Positions 55,832 through 64,000 of a DNA stretch of 64,000 nucleotides are shown here, in pieces; position 1 is the stretch's first letter, and every line of letters starts with the position of its first letter. This DNA is from Candidatus Dormiibacterota bacterium (GTDB lineage Bacteria; Chloroflexota; Dormibacteria; Aeolococcales; Aeolococcaceae), in contig DASYKI010000012.1 of the NCBI GenBank assembly GCA_035995545.1, forward strand, positions 48,914 through 112,913, read 5' to 3'. The notes below the pieces were generated by a model. The model did not search any database, was not told the DNA's origin, and saw nothing but the letters and a program-made list of their open reading frames with translations. The position numbers and the translations under genes are program-made.

Positions 55832-57364
55832 TCAGGAGCGCCGTGCCGCGCCGGCCGCCGCCTCGACACTGCCCTGCGGGTCCTTGGCGGTGCCGTTCGT
55901 CGCGCGGTCGGGCTGGCCCGCACGGACTCCCAGCTCGACCCGGTCGCCCAGGTTCTTGTCGACGTTGCTGAGGTACCAGAAGGCGCGCTGGAGCACCGGC
56001 TCGGTCACCCCGCTGAGCAGCGCCCCGACGATGTTGCTGACCAGCCGGTCGCGGGCGGCGTCGTCCATGACCTCGCGCACGAGTTTCCCCGGCTGGCCCC
56101 AATCGTCGTCGTCAGCGTGCTTGATGTAGGCGGTGCGCATGATCTCGCCCTCCGCGTACCAGCTCGGCGGCGAGTAGCGCTCGGGGTCGGCACGCGGGCC
56201 GCCCTTGGAGTTGGGCAGGTACACGGGGTCGGTGCGGTTGACGATCCGCATCGAGCCGTCCTTGCTGTAGCTGTGCACCGGCGCGGTGGGTGCGTTGACC
56301 GGGATCTGCTGGTAGTTCACGCCCAGCCGGGCGCGATGCGCGTCGGCGTAGGAGAACAGGCGGGCCAGCAGCATCCGGTCCGGACTGGGTCCGATCCCGG
56401 GGACGAGGTTGTTGGGTTGGAAGGCGACCTGCTCGATCTCCGTGTGGTTGTCGGTCGCGTTCCGGTCGAGCGTCATCCGGCCCACCTCGACCAGCGGGTA
56501 GTCGGCGTGCAGCCACACCTTGGTCAGGTCGAACGGGTTGTACTTGTATCCGGGGGCGTCGTCGAACGGCATGATCTGCGCGTGCAGCGTCCAGCTGGGA
56601 TGATCGCCGCGGGCGATGGCGTCGAAGAGGTCGCGGGTGTGGTAGTCGGGATCGGACCCGGCCATCCGCTCACCCTCCTCCTGGGTGAAGAACTGGATGC
56701 CCTGGTCGACCTTGAAGTGGTATTTCACCCAGAACCGCTGGCCCTTGGCGTTGACCCACATGTAGGTGTGCGAGCTGTAGCCGTTCATGTGGCGCCACGT
56801 CCGCGGGAAGCCGCGGTCGCCCATCAGCCAGATCACCTGGTGTGCCGTCTCCGGCAGCAGCGTCCAGAAGTCCCACTGCATGTCGTTGTCGCGCAGGTTG
56901 CTGTCCGCGCGCCGCTTCTGTGAGCGGATGAAGTGCTGGAAGTGCAGCGGGTCCTTGATGAAGAAGACCGGCGTGTCGTTGCCGACCATGTCGTAGTTGC
57001 CCTCGGAGGTGTAGAACTTCACCGAGAACCCACGCAGGTCACGCCAGACGTCCGGGCTGCCTCGCTCCCCGGCGACGGTGGAGAAGCGGTTGACCAGCCG
57101 CGTGGTCGTACCGGGCTGGAACAGCGCGGCTTTGGTGTACGCGCTGACGTCGTTGGTCACCTCGAAACGGCCGAAGGCGCCGCTGCCCTTGGCGTGCGGC
57201 TGCCGCTCGGTGATCCGCTCGCGGTTGAACTGCGCCATCTGCTCGATCAGGTAGCTGTCCTGGAGCAGGATGGGACCGCCGGCGCCCACAGTCAGCGAGT
57301 ATTCGTCACTGTCGACCGGGATCCCGGCGTCCGTCGTCAGCGGTGTCGGCTTCGAGTCAGTCAT
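55832..57364 (-). CDS. katA: Monofunctional heme catalase (clade 3, KatA-like)
   Basis: Catalase blocks [31 protein letters not shown]-like region, [14 protein letters not shown] and [11 protein letters not shown]; about 510 aa. Confidence 0.9.
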   Translation of the reverse strand: MTDSKPTPLTTDAGIPVDSDEYSLTVGAGGPILLQDSYLIEQMAQFNRERITERQPHAKGSGAFGRFEVTNDVSAYTKAALFQPGTTTRLVNRFSTVAGERGSPDVWRDLRGFSVKFYTSEGNYDMVGNDTPVFFIKDPLHFQHFIRSQKRRADSNLRDNDMQWDFWTLLPETAHQVIWLMGDRGFPRTWRHMNGYSSHTYMWVNAKGQRFWVKYHFKVDQGIQFFTQEEGERMAGSDPDYHTRDLFDAIARGDHPSWTLHAQIMPFDDAPGYKYNPFDLTKVWLHADYPLVEVGRMTLDRNATDNHTEIEQVAFQPNNLVPGIGPSPDRMLLARLFSYADAHRARLGVNYQQIPVNAPTAPVHSYSKDGSMRIVNRTDPVYLPNSKGGPRADPERYSPPSWYAEGEIMRTAYIKHADDDDWGQPGKLVREVMDDAARDRLVSNIVGALLSGVTEPVLQRAFWYLSNVDKNLGDRVELGVRAGQPDRATNGTAKDPQGSVEAAAGAARRS

Positions 57365-57397
57365 GCAGGATCTCCTTGTTGGGATGGACCGTCGTGG

Positions 57398-58087
57398 TCA
57401 CGTGTCGGTCGGGTTGAGTTCGCGGAAGGTCATGCCCGCCACCACCCCGGCGCCGAGTTCGACGAGCAGGTACACCCAGAGCGTCGACCATCCGAAGAGC
57501 CCGCCCACGGCGGCGCCCAACGAGACCGCTGGATTGAACGAGCCTCCCGAGATGCCGCCCACGGCGAATGCGCCCGCCGCGACGGTGAAGCCGATGGCGA
57601 GGCCGAAGAACTGGTTGCCTGTCTGGTCCTTGCTGGTTGCGACGTTGAGCACCACCCAGCAGAGCGCGAACGTGAACAGCATTTCCACCACGGCGGCGGC
57701 CACGAGGGCGCGCCCGGACGGCACCAGGGTGTGGACCGCCGCAGGAGTCACCAGCGACCGTGCCACCGCTGCAGCGACCAGGCCGGCAGCGACCTGCGCG
57801 GCCCAGTAGCCGATGGCATCGCGCCCCGAGATGCGCCGGCGCCACAGCACTGCCATCGTCACTGCGGGATTGAAGTGGCCGCCGGAGATGTGCCCGCCCG
57901 CGTAGATCATCACCATCAGCGTTGCCCCCGCCGCGAGCGGGGTGAACGCGCTGTTGCTGAGGACGCTGACCGCCACCGCGAACACGAGAAAGAACGTCCC
58001 GATACCTTCGACGGCGTACTTCCGAGCCGCCGGCGACCAGGCCACCGGAGCCGCTCGTGCCGTCGCCGTCTGCGAGATCTGTGCCAT
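57398..58087 (-). CDS. MIP-family channel (aquaporin/aquaglyceroporin)
   Basis: Two NPA boxes (GGHFNPAVTM and GGSFNPAVSLG) and six TM helices. Confidence 0.8.
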   Translation of the reverse strand: MAQISQTATARAAPVAWSPAARKYAVEGIGTFFLVFAVAVSVLSNSAFTPLAAGATLMVMIYAGGHISGGHFNPAVTMAVLWRRRISGRDAIGYWAAQVAAGLVAAAVARSLVTPAAVHTLVPSGRALVAAAVVEMLFTFALCWVVLNVATSKDQTGNQFFGLAIGFTVAAGAFAVGGISGGSFNPAVSLGAAVGGLFGWSTLWVYLLVELGAGVVAGMTFRELNPTDT

Positions 58088-58273
58088 GAACTGTCCTCCT
58101 CTGGACGCGTCTGTCAATTGCTTCCATGGTCGGCGAGGCCTGGTCGCAATGGCATCGCGGCCAGCGGCAAAGTCGCAGTTCCCACCAGCGGGGGGGCCAA
58201 TGCCTGCTAGCTGGAACGGACGGTGGCGCATCGAGGCGGACGGGCTCGCGCCGCTATCGGTGCCCGGCGACGG

Positions 58274-59884
58274 TCAGCCCGGAAGCTCGATGACCATCGA
58301 GGTCCCGTGGCCGGCCGGGCTGCGCACCAGGATGCTTCCGCCCAGCGCCTCGACCCGGTCGGTCAGGCCGATGATCCCCGAACCGCGGGTCGCGTCAGCG
58401 CCGCCCACTCCGTCGTCGACAACCGCAAGGCGCAGCCTCCCGCCGTCCACCCTGAGGTTCACCTGAGCGGCCGTCGCATGCGCATGTTTGGCCGCGTTGG
58501 TGAGGGCCTCGGCCACCGCGTAGTAGGCGGCGACCTCCACGGCCTGCGACAGCCGCGCCACGCCGTCGAGGTGGAGCTCCACCGGCACAGCGGAGCGTCG
58601 CGCGAGCGCTTTGAGCGCGGGGCCGAGCCCACCCTCCGAAAGGATCGCGGGGTGAACGCCGCGCGAGATCTCGCGCAGCTCGTCGAGCACGCCCCGCAGT
58701 GCGGCGCCCGCCTGAGTCAGCGGTTCACGAAGGTCCGGTCGCGCAGTGGGCACCGTGTCCGCGACGGCCCCCAGCTGGAGTGCGACGGTGACCAGTCGCT
58801 GCTGGATCCCGTCGTGCAGATCGCGCTCGATCGCGCGTCGGATGTCATCGGCGACGGCCACGATGCGCCGTCGCGACGCCACCAGCTCTTCCCGGCTTGC
58901 AGCATTCGATATCGCGGTGGCCACGAGATCGGTGAACCCGGTCAGCCGCTGCTCCGTATCCACGGCGAACGTCTCGGGTTCGCGCTTGGAGGCAACCAGG
59001 AAGCCCCAGACGTCTCCGTCGACGAGGATCGGGGCACCGACGGACGCGCGGATCCTGTACTTGCGCAGCATCTGGCGGAGCGGACCGTCCAGGAGCGTGC
59101 CGTCGTGGCTGTCGAGGCGGATCGCACGCCCGAGTCGCAGCGCCCGGCCGGCGACACTATCGCGCAGCAGCGGCATGCGCGTTCCCACGGGGAGGCCGCC
59201 GCCGCCACTCTCGCTCCACGTGCCGACGATGGTCGCCATCAACTCATTCGGCTCGTACCGCGACATCGTGCCCACGTCGGCACCGAGGAGTTGAGCGGCC
59301 TCCTGGGCCACCGCCGCGAAGATCGCGTCCGCGGGCGCCTGTCCCGCCACCAGCGTGGCGACGCGCCGCAACGCGGCCTGCTCGTCGACGAGACCGGCGA
59401 TCTCCAGCATCTGACGGTCGCCCAGCTCACGGGCGGCGCGCTCACTCGCGAGCAATCGCAACATGCGCATCGTCATCGAGGTCATGGCCGCCATGCCCAG
59501 CAGCATGCTCATCGCCTGAATGCTCAGACCGGCCGCTCCCGAGCGCGCAACGACGAATCGGGCGCCCGGTGGATGGTCGAGCGCCACAGCGGTCGCCGCG
59601 CAGCTCCCAACACCCGGCACGATGATGTCGCACCCGACCTGCCCCGGCATCACGGAGTGAAGAGCTGCCACGGCGGCCGAACTGTTCGGGCCGGCGGCGG
59701 CGATGACCTCGCCGTCACAGACGATCGCGGCAACAACGGCGTCGAGCATGTCGGCCGCTCGTTCAACCGCCGCCGTCGCCGCGGATGATTCCGTCTCCGA
59801 CCTGGTCACGGTCGCGAGGAACTCGGAGAGCTCCTGCGTGAACTCGACCGATGTTGGCGGCGGAATGCATCGACCATCCAGCAT
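58274..59884 (-). CDS. Cytoplasmic GAF-GAF-HisKA_3-HATPase_c sensor kinase (DosS/DevS-like architecture)
   Basis: Two GAF-like regions, NarL-type H-box IERDLHDGIQQRLVTV and ATPase blocks (LTNAAKHA, DDGVGG, GSGIIGLTDRVEALGG). Start uncertain. Confidence 0.7.
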   Translation of the reverse strand: MLDGRCIPPPTSVEFTQELSEFLATVTRSETESSAATAAVERAADMLDAVVAAIVCDGEVIAAAGPNSSAAVAALHSVMPGQVGCDIIVPGVGSCAATAVALDHPPGARFVVARSGAAGLSIQAMSMLLGMAAMTSMTMRMLRLLASERAARELGDRQMLEIAGLVDEQAALRRVATLVAGQAPADAIFAAVAQEAAQLLGADVGTMSRYEPNELMATIVGTWSESGGGGLPVGTRMPLLRDSVAGRALRLGRAIRLDSHDGTLLDGPLRQMLRKYRIRASVGAPILVDGDVWGFLVASKREPETFAVDTEQRLTGFTDLVATAISNAASREELVASRRRIVAVADDIRRAIERDLHDGIQQRLVTVALQLGAVADTVPTARPDLREPLTQAGAALRGVLDELREISRGVHPAILSEGGLGPALKALARRSAVPVELHLDGVARLSQAVEVAAYYAVAEALTNAAKHAHATAAQVNLRVDGGRLRLAVVDDGVGGADATRGSGIIGLTDRVEALGGSILVRSPAGHGTSMVIELPG

Positions 59885-59930
59885 CGGTCCAGAATACGCG
59901 CTCTTCCGGCGTCTTTCAGGGACGGGCGCC

Positions 59931-60323
59931 TCAGCGCGGACCGGTCGCGTCCGATGCTCCCCGTCTCCGAAGCACCGTCTCGATGGCCTGCTTCGAGAGG
60001 TCCTGTTTGGCCACGAACCCGAGCGCCGGACTCTCGGCGACGAGGTCGGCGTAGTCATCCTCCACATGCGTCGAGATGAGGATGACGCCCGCAGTGCAGG
60101 CGACTGCCTCGCCGACCATCCGGCAGGCGACCTCGAAGCCGCTCTCCCTGCCGAGGTCGATGTCCACCAGGACCACGTCCGGTCTGAGCTCGGTGGCCAA
60201 TCGCACCCCGTCTGCCGCGGTCGTTGCGATGCCGACCACGCTCAGGCCCTGTCCGTTGAGCAGGGTGCGCGACGCCTCCAGGAACGATTCGTTGTCATCC
60301 ACGATCAAACAGCGCAATTGCAT
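59931..60323 (-). CDS. Single-domain response regulator (REC only)
   Basis: LIVDDN, VLVDIDL (phospho-Asp), ILIS T/S and a K in GFVAKQ; no output domain. Confidence 0.65.
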   Translation of the reverse strand: MQLRCLIVDDNESFLEASRTLLNGQGLSVVGIATTAADGVRLATELRPDVVLVDIDLGRESGFEVACRMVGEAVACTAGVILISTHVEDDYADLVAESPALGFVAKQDLSKQAIETVLRRRGASDATGPR

Positions 60324-60386
60324 CCGATCTAGGATGGCACGTGCGTGCCGATCGCACATTGCAGTCAGCAGGAATCTTGTCTCTGC

Positions 60387-61088
60387 TCAGCGCGCCTCGA
60401 GGAAGGTGATCACGGCCAGCACACGGCGGTGATCCGCGTCCGTGGCACTGATCGGCAGCTTGTCCAGGACGCTGCGCACGTGCTTTTCGACGGTTCCCTC
60501 GGTGACCCAGAGGCGGCGCGCGATGCCCGCGTTGGAGCGACCCTCGGCCATCAGCGAGAGCACCTCCCGCTCGCGGCTGGTCAGCTCGGCGAGCGGGTCG
60601 TTCCTGCGGCGGGCGGCGACCAGCTCCTGGACGAGCGCGGGATCCACGACCGAACCGCCCCGGGAGATTCGGTCGAGCGTCTCGATGAAGTCGTCAACGT
60701 CGGTGACGCGGCCTTTGAGCAGGTAGCCGGTGCGCCGGCCGCTCGAGAGCAGGGCCATCGCGTGCTCCACCTCGACGTGCGCCGACAGCACGAGGATGCC
60801 GATCTCGGGGAACTCCTCACGGATCACGCGCGCCGCGTCGAGACCTTCGGTCGTGTGCGTGGGGGGCATGCGGATGTCGATGAGCGCCAGGTCGGGCCTC
60901 TGTTCGCGTGCCAGAGCGAGGAGGTCCACGCCGTCGCCGGCCTGCCCCACCACGTCGAACCCGGCGCGTCCGAGCATGCTGGCGAGCCCCTCCCGCAGCA
61001 GCACGTCATCGTCGGCGATGACCAGGGTCACCGGCTTCTCCGCGGCACCCCGTCCGTCGCCTCCGGCTACCGCCGCACCTGTGACCAT
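60387..61088 (-). CDS. NarL/FixJ-family response regulator (REC + LuxR-type HTH)
   Basis: LVIADDD, LIDIRMP and LVLSAH receiver motifs; C-terminal LTSREREVLSLMAEGRSNAGIARRLWVTEGTVEKHV LuxR HTH. Confidence 0.85.
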   Translation of the reverse strand: MVTGAAVAGGDGRGAAEKPVTLVIADDDVLLREGLASMLGRAGFDVVGQAGDGVDLLALAREQRPDLALIDIRMPPTHTTEGLDAARVIREEFPEIGILVLSAHVEVEHAMALLSSGRRTGYLLKGRVTDVDDFIETLDRISRGGSVVDPALVQELVAARRRNDPLAELTSREREVLSLMAEGRSNAGIARRLWVTEGTVEKHVRSVLDKLPISATDADHRRVLAVITFLEAR

Positions 61089-61273
61089 GATCCGGATTAT
61101 CCCGCCCGGTCCGGCCCTTCGGGGGCACCGTCAGCGAACGTGTGATGGCGGGAACGCCTGTGCGCATGGCGACGCGGACCCGGCGTGCTTGCGGGCGATG
61201 CCAGCCAGCCGGGCACGGAGATTTCCTGGTAGCAGCAATGTGTTTGCCGTGCCGACGTCGCCATGATCTGCTC

Positions 61274-61693
61274 ATGATTGGTGTCAGCAGCGAAGCGCAC
61301 AGCGGTCACGCCGGCGCGGCGTCGATCGCACGGGCCAGCGCGGAGTTCGCCGGCCAACGGCAGGCGTGGCTGACCGAGCGCCGGCAGAATGCACGGGGCC
61401 GTCACACGGTGCGCGTTGTGGACGCGCTCCTCGACGACGTGGAGGAGATCAACCTCTCCGGGCGAGGCCGGCTGGAAGATCCGCTGATCAGCCTGCGGCT
61501 GCGCCGGCTGCAGAGTTCATTGCGCACGTCTGTGCCCGGTGCCGTGCTGCGCTCGCGAACCGGTCACGAGCTGCACGCCGCGCTGCTGGACTGGCAGGAT
61601 GAACTCCTCGACGAGGTGAGCCCTGCACGGGCTGGATATCGCGACGACGACGACGGTCGGCCTGAGATTGGAGGTGCTGCGCTTCAGGACTAA
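61274..61693 (+). CDS. Hypothetical protein
   Basis: ORF with coding composition; no motif recognised. Confidence 0.3.
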   Translation: MIGVSSEAHSGHAGAASIARASAEFAGQRQAWLTERRQNARGRHTVRVVDALLDDVEEINLSGRGRLEDPLISLRLRRLQSSLRTSVPGAVLRSRTGHELHAALLDWQDELLDEVSPARAGYRDDDDGRPEIGGAALQD

Positions 61694-61761
61694 CCCTGAG
61701 GCGTGAGCGGCGACGGTCACTCACCGCTACTCTGCACAGCGCACGGCAACCTCAAGGACGG

Positions 61762-62925
61762 ATGCGCATGAGTGTTCGGCGTCTGCACGACATCCCGGGC
61801 TTCACCATCGATCGGGTGGCCGCCGCGGCCGGCGACGATCCCGACGTGCTCCGCATGGAGAACCTCGACACCGACGTCCCGCCACCGCCGCCCGCGCTGG
61901 AGGCGACCCGGCTGGCGATCGGGCCGGACGAGACCAACAGCTGGCTGCCGTTCACCGGCAGGGACGACCTCAAGGAGGCCGTCGTCGCCTACGTCGAGCG
62001 GCACGGGGGCCCCGGCTACGACGCCCGCCAGGTGGTCATCACCTGCGGCGAGGGCGACGCCATGGTCGACGCCCTCTTCTGTCTCACCGATCCCGGCGAC
62101 GAGGTCATCCTCACCGACCCGACGTACGCGGGGATGCTCAACCGGGTACGGTTGGTCGGCGCGTCGCCGGTGCTGGTGCCGTTGCTGGTGCAGGACGGCG
62201 AGTGGCGGCTCGACCTCGATGAGCTGCGCCAGGCGGTGACGCAGCGCACTCGCCTTGTTTTTGTCAACAATGCCTCATTCCCGTCGGGCTGGGTGGCCAG
62301 CGACGAGGAGTGGCAGGCGATCGCCGCGCTCTGCCGCGACCGCGACCTGACATTGCTCTACTGGGCGGGCTACGAGTCGGTGATCTTCGACGGCAGGGAG
62401 CCGCGCAATCCCGCGGCGCTCGAGGGCATGCGCGACCGCACCGTCACCGTGGGATGCGTCACCTTCGAGCAGCGCATGATCGCCTGGCGCATCGGCTGGG
62501 TGATCGCGCCCGGCCCGCTCGTCGACGATGTCTCGCGCGTGCACATCTACAACGGGCTGGTGCCCAGCGGCTTCGCCCAGGTCGGCGCGCGGGTGGCCCT
62601 GCAGCTGCCCGACGACCACATCGCGGCCGCCAACGCCGAGTACCAGCGCCGTCGCGACGAGACGCTGCGCCAGCTCGACGGCCTGCCCGCCGTCCGCGCC
62701 GCCGGCGGCTGGTCGTTGCTCCTCGACGTGGCCGCGCTCGGGCTCGACTGCGCCGAGGTGTCGGCGCGGCTGCTGGAGCAGAAGGTCGCGGCGACGCCGA
62801 TGCGGGGATGGGGCGGCGCGGTTGCCGACCGGCACGTCCGCTTCGTCTTCAGCAACGAGCCGGTGGCGCGGCTGGCGCTGCTCGGCGACCGCGTCCGCGC
62901 CGCGCTGGCGGCCGCGCGCGAGTAG
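61762..62925 (+). CDS. Class I/II aminotransferase-fold protein with non-canonical active site (PLP-Lys replaced by Gln)
   Basis: Fold-I aminotransferase blocks (ENLDTD, ILTDPTYAGM, FVNNASFPSG). At the SFSK..G.R.G Schiff-base lysine motif the sequence reads TFEQRMIAWRIGW. Confidence 0.7.
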   Translation: MRMSVRRLHDIPGFTIDRVAAAAGDDPDVLRMENLDTDVPPPPPALEATRLAIGPDETNSWLPFTGRDDLKEAVVAYVERHGGPGYDARQVVITCGEGDAMVDALFCLTDPGDEVILTDPTYAGMLNRVRLVGASPVLVPLLVQDGEWRLDLDELRQAVTQRTRLVFVNNASFPSGWVASDEEWQAIAALCRDRDLTLLYWAGYESVIFDGREPRNPAALEGMRDRTVTVGCVTFEQRMIAWRIGWVIAPGPLVDDVSRVHIYNGLVPSGFAQVGARVALQLPDDHIAAANAEYQRRRDETLRQLDGLPAVRAAGGWSLLLDVAALGLDCAEVSARLLEQKVAATPMRGWGGAVADRHVRFVFSNEPVARLALLGDRVRAALAAARE

Positions 62926-62928
62926 GGC

Positions 62929-63564
62929 CTACCTGCTGGTGAACGCCAGCCGGGCGCCCAGCGCGACGAAGCTGCCGCTGACCACCCGCCGCATCCAGGT
63001 CATGACGCGTGGACGCGACACGACATGGGTGCGCACCGCGGCGGCGAACACCCCGTAGGCGATGAAGACGACCAGGGTGAGCAGCATGAAGACGGCGCTC
63101 AACTCCAGCATGCGCAGGAGGGCGCCGGGTTCGCCGGTGCTGACGAACTGCGGCAGGAATGCGAAGAAGAACACGGTCAGCTTGGGATTGAGGACGTTGA
63201 CGAGGATGGCGGTGATGATCACCCTCGTCGCCGAAGGGGGCGCGCTCGGTTCGACGGTGAGCGCACTCCTGTCGCGGAGGGTGCGCCAGGCAACGTAGAG
63301 CAGGTAGGCGACGCCCAGGTATTTGACGATGTCGAAGGCCAGCGAACTGGCCTGCAGCAGCGCGGCGAGCCCTGTGATCGCCGCCAGCATGTGCGGCACG
63401 GTACCGAGCGTGCACCCCACCGCGGCGACGATGCCGGCGCGGGCGCCGCGCGCGAGACCGGCGGCCAGCGTGTAGAGGACGCCCGTGCCCGGTGTGACCA
63501 CGACGACGAGCGCGGTGACCAGGAACGCGACGCTCACGGGGCCTCCTCCGTCGCTGACGAGCAA
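62929..63564 (-). CDS. LysE/RhtB-family amino-acid exporter
   Basis: Six TM helices with the LysE consensus (TPGTGVLY, NPKLTVFF). Confidence 0.75.
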   Translation of the reverse strand: MLVSDGGGPVSVAFLVTALVVVVTPGTGVLYTLAAGLARGARAGIVAAVGCTLGTVPHMLAAITGLAALLQASSLAFDIVKYLGVAYLLYVAWRTLRDRSALTVEPSAPPSATRVIITAILVNVLNPKLTVFFFAFLPQFVSTGEPGALLRMLELSAVFMLLTLVVFIAYGVFAAAVRTHVVSRPRVMTWMRRVVSGSFVALGARLAFTSR

Positions 63565-63631
63565 GGTGATTATGCCGCCTTAACCGTTTGATCGCCCGGC
63601 GCTGCGGTCCCCATCCGATATGGTCCCGGGC

Positions 63632-64000
63632 ATGCCCTCGAACCCCCCGGTCGCGGGCGCCGGCCCCAATCGTCGCGAGTTCCTCAAGCTCGCCGGCGCG
63701 GCGGGGGTGGGCAGCGCCCTGGCCCCCGCGGTCGTCGTCCGCGCCCTGGCGTCGTCGCCGCCGTCGCAGACGATCACGATGAGCGGTGTGGCCGTCGGGT
63801 ACGGGCAGTACCTCTACTTCCCGTTCACGGTGCCGGTCGCGCCCGAGGTCAACCGCATCGACGTCAGCGTGGCCCACGACGTCAACAACTCCAGCGTCGT
63901 CAAGCTGGGCGCGGGCCTGTTCGACCAGCGCGGTGCGCAGTACCAGTCGCCCGGGTTCCGCGGCATCTACGGCGAGGAGCGCAGCCAGTTCTTCGTCAGC
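63632..64000 (+). CDS. Tat-signal secreted protein, 5' fragment (runs off the window)
   Basis: Twin-arginine motif NRREFLKLAGAAGVGSALA near the N-terminus. Confidence 0.5.
   Translation, partial: MPSNPPVAGAGPNRREFLKLAGAAGVGSALAPAVVVRALASSPPSQTITMSGVAVGYGQYLYFPFTVPVAPEVNRIDVSVAHDVNNSSVVKLGAGLFDQRGAQYQSPGFRGIYGEERSQFFVS

Overview
The window is a very GC-rich (about 70%) chromosomal segment that looks actinobacterial: it carries a deazaflavin (F420) Ddn-like nitroreductase, a cofD-cofC-cofE F420 biosynthesis cluster, a DUF3052 protein, the DUF883/Holin-X/DUF3618 stress trio and a PucR regulator. All calls come from reading translated motifs; no database search was run.

Most of the window is core metabolism and stress/redox functions:
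- an ABC exporter (periplasmic adaptor, ATPase, permease) next to a confident UDP-sulfoquinovose synthase (sqdB)
- a GH38 alpha-mannosidase
- two tandem acyl-CoA dehydrogenases and 3-hydroxybutyryl-CoA dehydrogenase
- HemQ, glutamyl-tRNA reductase (hemA), a monofunctional catalase, an aquaporin, a DEAD-box helicase
- two IscA/ErpA-type Fe-S carriers, a tandem-duplicated ThyX, and a MoaD-MoaE fusion
- five sensor or regulator modules: two orphan GAF histidine kinases, a GAF kinase with a stand-alone receiver (REC) domain and a NarL-type regulator, a lone REC-like protein, and a PP2C phosphatase

Candidate systems worth a second look:
1. A compact membrane-integrity module: NfeD(OB-fold) – flotillin – PspA – unknown 309-aa protein – zinc-ribbon protein (30989-34737).
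2. A lower-GC islet downstream of tRNA-Gly(TCC), holding a GmrSD-like DUF262/DUF1524 type IV restriction enzyme and a membrane-anchored tandem-repeat cysteine protein, bounded by two tandem perfect hairpins.
3. A heme and oxidative-stress cluster (hemA – HD – catalase – aquaporin) beside a DosS/DosR-like three-protein phosphorelay.
4. Individual oddities: an aminotransferase-fold protein whose PLP-binding lysine is replaced by Gln; a Fic-fold protein with a degenerate motif (RRWDDGNGR instead of HPFxDGNGR); a secreted beta-helix protein with an unusual C-terminal sorting-signal-like tail; a muconolactone-isomerase::DUF3237 fusion; and an RHH/ParE toxin-antitoxin pair.

No rRNA genes, CRISPR arrays, transposases or integrases were seen. 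Several long antisense ORFs are GC-skew artefacts. Coordinates derived by hand-counting may be off by 1-2 nt.
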